NCBI GenBank assembly: GCA_964016885.1
Contig: OZ024740.1
Span: 229,958,001 to 230,022,000, forward strand
DNA from: Eledone cirrhosa
Lineage: Eukaryota
Length of the DNA: 64,000 bases
Direction: 5' to 3'
Part shown: positions 60,101 to 64,000 of the stretch, one piece after another
Layout of the letters: the number at the start of each line of letters is the position of its first letter
Position numbering within the stretch: the first letter of the stretch is position 1
Notes under the pieces: generated by a model
Told to the model about the DNA's origin: nothing
The model's database searches: none
What the model saw: only the letters and a program-made list of their open reading frames with translations
Program-made: the position numbers and the translations under genes

Positions 60101-62335
60101 TGCGTTCTATCAAGGTTGACCATGCAGGTCACCAACTTGAGGTCTGAATAGCCAACCATGAGCATTACTGGACAACCTAAAAAGTCCCTGTCCTTATTTC
60201 TAACTAAAAACCTATCTAGGTACGACCTAGATGATCCGCTGTGATTTGACCAAGACCAGGTTGGCACCGTCGGAAAATCTAGTCGAAATCTATCGGCCAG
60301 GTCAAATCGGCCGAGTAACCCCTTGAGGCTGTTGCACCCCTCTCTATCGGGACATGCCCCTGCATAGTGCCAACGTGCATCCAGGATACCATTCCAGTCG
60401 CCCACTAAAAGCAGGGAACGGGACGTCCCTAGAAAAGACTCCAGACGCTGGAAAAAGTCGGGTCACTCTGCCCCAAAAGGGGCATATGCGGCTACCAGCC
60501 TAAAGGCTCCACCTTAACCACTGCCAAGGTCCAGCACCACCAGTCGACTCCCTGGGTCCAAGTGAACTATCTGTTTGGCAAGACCCAGATGTTTTTGCAG
60601 CAGAACGACAACCCCACCCCCACCTCCGGGCTGACAGAGAGATGCGTGCATCTCAAAATCGTCAAAGGTGGGGGCTAGCTGTCCGATGCTGCTGATCCGG
60701 GACTCGCAGATAACCATCACATTTATAGATCGTGACCTGAGGTCATTTAGAAGCATTGCTTGCTTCCAAGATGAGCCCAGGCCACGCGCATTTAGACAGC
60801 CTACTCTGAGCACAGCCATGTTGGTGGTAAGGAGAAAAGGCACTTACCTCTCTGCGTCCCGGGAAGCGGGCCGCTCAATTTCCATGCTGGTTGGGGATGG
60901 GTTGTTGGGTGGGGTGGTGGTTTGTGGAAGTGTAGAGGCATCAGTGTGTTGTGGGGTTGGGGTGTTTGTGGTTGAGTGGGTGTCTGGGTGGGGGTGGGGA
61001 ATTTTTTAGGAGGACGCGGTTGATTGGTTTGGCGCAGAGGGGCCCACGTCCTCCGTGAAATTTATTTTCAAAGTTTTATATAAGGTCATTGGGACTTTAA
61101 TCATTTGTAAATGAGGTAGTCCCACAGCAGTTATAAAGTTAGGCCCTTCATTTTGGACCGAAGGGTTTGATGAAATTGTGTTCATTAGTTCTTTATTGTC
61201 TGTGTTCATGTATGTATATTGTAAAGTCTTTTTTTGCGTAGCAGTTAGTGTTGTGTGACGGGGAGGGGTGGTTTGTATATAATTTGTTTTCTCTTGGGGA
61301 GGGTTAATGTTAACAAGTGTGTCTGTGGTGCGCCTCCTCTTCTTTCTTTTTACTGTTTGGAAGGGATCTTTTTCGTCTTGCGACGAAAGGGGTTCGTCTT
61401 CCTTGTTGGGTGGGAGGGGTATGTTTTCTGGTAGTGTTTGCGGTGTGTGTTTTTGTATTTGTTTTGGGTGGGGATGGGGTGGGTGGGACAGTGTTCTGTG
61501 TTGTTTTTTCACGTGTTTGATGTTGTGGTGGTGGTGGTGGTGTTGTTGGTTTTTGTTGTTGTTGTGGTTGTTTTTGTTGTTGTTGTTGTTGGGGTGGTGT
61601 TGGTGTTGGTTGTTGGGGTGTTGGTAGCAATGGTTTTTTCTGTGTGAGCTGGGGACAGGCAGCCCTCAGGTGACCTCTATTGCCACAGAGGTAACAGGAG
61701 GGACGCCTACCCTCCACCATAATGTTGAGGTGGGTATGGTCATCCAGCATGACGCGCTCAGGGATTTGGGCGATACGTTCTGGCCTTATTTGGGTCAGAA
61801 CTTCGATACTTGTTCCACTAAATGCGTCACCGGATGCCTTCCCTATTGATATGAGGTTGTCCTCGTCTAAGTTGAGGAAACCGGTTAGTAACCACCAGTA
61901 GTTTATGTTTGATGTGATGGTGGTTATCCATATTCTTTGGGTTTTTTACCCATGTAGGTGGGGAAAAATGTGTAATGTCTGGAACGAATTGGCGACACAG
62001 AGTATTTTTTCGCAGCCAATTCATCTTTCATCAATATGGATAAACTCCCATAGAGTTTATCCTTTTGTATGAAAGTAATGTCTTTCATAGCCTCTTTCAG
62101 GACTAACTGAATTTCAGCTTGAGATGGTTGTGCTGGTTTTTTTTTGTTTTGTTGTCAATTGTACGGAATACAACAGTTCGTAATTCCGTCTGTTTTTTTA
62201 AGTTCTGGAGGCGAATTGATAGAAAACGATCCATTTTCGCCAAACGAAACATATTTTTTCGCTTTTTCAAGCATTTCTTTTGCATTTGATATATCTTCAA
62301 GCACATATGTGACTGATATTTTATTTGTTAAATAA
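57149..62335 (-). mobile_element. Near full-length L1/Tx1-clade LINE
   Basis: ORF1 with CCHC knuckle (CYLCGNRGHLRAAC); ORF2 APE-RT-zf; 3' end in (GATA)n. Confidence 0.92.
57392..60819 (-). pseudogene. LINE ORF2 (AP endonuclease, RT, zf-RVT), frameshifted
   Basis: LNARGL, GDWN, YLDRF, KSPGLDG, DQSKAFDRVDH, QGCPLS, YADD, GGLG, CPRC..ET..H..C. Confidence 0.93.
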
Positions 62336-62359
62336 ACTAAATGTCAGATTATTCTACAG

Positions 62360-62681
62360 CAATGATTCCCACTGTGGAGCGCCTGCTTAACAAGGAGGGG
62401 AGGTAATTTGCATATTTAAGGGGAGCAATTTGAAAATGTTGTTAATGAGAACAAACTTCAGGTTTCACCTTAATACTTTTATACCAAGGCAACTTTAGTA
62501 TAGATTACTGTCAGAAACTCCTGTCTCACCTCCTCCACACGTTATTGTGTATCTGGCACCACATATACACCAATTTGTTTGCACTTAGCAGTTGAGCATC
62601 GCTGTTTTCATATCAAAAGGGGGCCTAACAGTTCCTGATATGTTGAGGTCGGATATGGTGCACAAAAGGTTGGGAACACTA
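62360..62681. mobile_element. Old hAT (Charlie-like) MITE
   Basis: Degenerate TIRs caatgattccca / tgggaacacta; 8-bp TSD ttctacag / ttctatag. Confidence 0.55.
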
Positions 62682-62764
62682 TTCTATAGTCACATGTGCC
62701 ATTAACGTAATACCTAGGAAGATTCAGCGAGGTATGGTGTTTGACAAAGTTTGGACCTTTGGCA

Positions 62765-62885
62765 CAAGGCTTAGTGATTAGACGTGTTCATCTGACGATT
62801 GTAAATCCATTAGTTCGATTCCTGGCGGCACGTTCTGTCCTTAAACAAAACACTTTACCTCACTTTGCTACAGCCCACTCAGCGA
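62765..62885 (+). mobile_element. Old tRNA-derived SINE of a second family (relic also at ~38233-38290)
   Basis: A/B-box-like ggcttagtgatt / gttcgattcc; gtcctt..caa.acacttta motif. Confidence 0.5.
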
Positions 62886-63065
62886 GAAAACTGCTGCATC
62901 TTCCTGAGAACTATGTTCCTGTTGTGGCCATTTTGTCTTATGGTATATTTAGGACTGCAGTATTAAATGTCTCATTTTTCCTGATTGTAGGAATGATTTG
63001 GGAATGATATAACTGCTATTTCTAGTAGGCCTAACGACACCTTTAACGCTCCTCCTTGGCTTATA

Positions 63066-63342
63066 CGAGGGTGGGCTGAAAGGTTCATGCTAGAGCTGTG
63101 AAATCTTGCATGCATTGGTTTTAACTGTTCTTATTAATAAATGATGATGACGTCATATCAGTTGTTGCTAATGTTTTTTATCAAAAGGATGAAAGCTTCT
63201 TCACTAATGAGATCCAATCACTATAACACCGATGGAAGAAGTGTGTGGACCGCAAAGGGGAATATGTTGAAATATAAACCTCATTTGGTCGCATTCCATG
63301 AGAGTATCTTGGTTAGCCTATGAATTTTTCAGCCGACTTTCG
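63066..63342 (+). mobile_element. Mariner deletion derivative
   Basis: TA TSDs; imperfect TIRs cgagggtgggctgaaaggttcat / atgaatttttcagccgactttcg; internal RWKKCVDRKGEYVE transposase C-terminus. Confidence 0.85.
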
Positions 63343-64000
63343 TAGATAATAAGAAATATTCAAATAGAAACTGCAGGGAAATGGGAATTCTTTTCCTTAT
63401 GCATATTTAACCAAGCTATATATTCACTGACAGCTGCCATTTTTCTCTGTACCAAAGCTCAATGTTTCGCTGTAGCAGAAATACTTTCATATATTATGAG
63501 AAATAGAATATTAGTGATACAAACTTAGTAAAGGCGTGTGGCTTTGTGGTGTTCCTATTCATGACCATGTTCGATTCCAAAGGGCGCATTTCGGGTCATT
63601 TTCTAACAAAACAGCAAAAGATATCACACTACTATCTTTTTTTTAAAGGAAGCACTCATTAGATAAACAAACAGTATGTTCTGATTTTCTTACTACTTCT
63701 ACAAAGCTCAAATCCTATAATTATTTTAATGTTTTGGTCGGGAGAAAGGTGACATAACTGCGGTCTTCGCGGTCCTTGTGGGAGACCAGTGAAGTCAATA
63801 CGTTTGATGTTCTTCTTGGGGCACTTCGACAACTGAAGGAACAAAACAAAAACATGGACAGGGAGGTATGAGAGTTGAAAGTACCTTCCCTACTTTCTTT
63901 CACCAATCTCAGAGGCCCTGAAAACTATCCTAGACGCTGTCATTTACCACCTCTGCTTCAATAATAATAAAAAAAACTACAAACAACCGACTTCTTATCA

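Noticed and set aside
63660-63870. Possible exon (WETSEVNTFDVLLGALRQLKEQ..)
   Set aside because: Short, has an upstream in-frame stop, and has no recognisable domain.

Overview
AT-rich, microsatellite-saturated eukaryotic DNA. The repeat content suggests a mollusc, probably an octopus-like cephalopod (inference). There is one clear host-type gene, an intronless RING-CH/MARCH E3 ligase at 35004-35852. The rest is mostly mobile DNA: three Penelope-like retroelements (two Naiad-type, one Neptune-type), L1/Tx1, RTE, R4/Dong and CRE-type non-LTR elements, Nin-domain tRNA SINEs, a non-autonomous Helitron and small DNA-transposon remnants. The main hidden signal, read by eye, is about 30 complete or near-complete type I hammerhead ribozyme (HHR) motifs in more than a dozen otherwise dissimilar small elements. 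These elements sit in (TA)n tracts as tandem ~420/~340-bp monomers (retrozyme-like) or as fold-back palindromes. Five families share a compensatory U3-A8 catalytic core and one has an A4 core. Coordinates were counted by hand and may be off by a few bases. No folding or database search was run.
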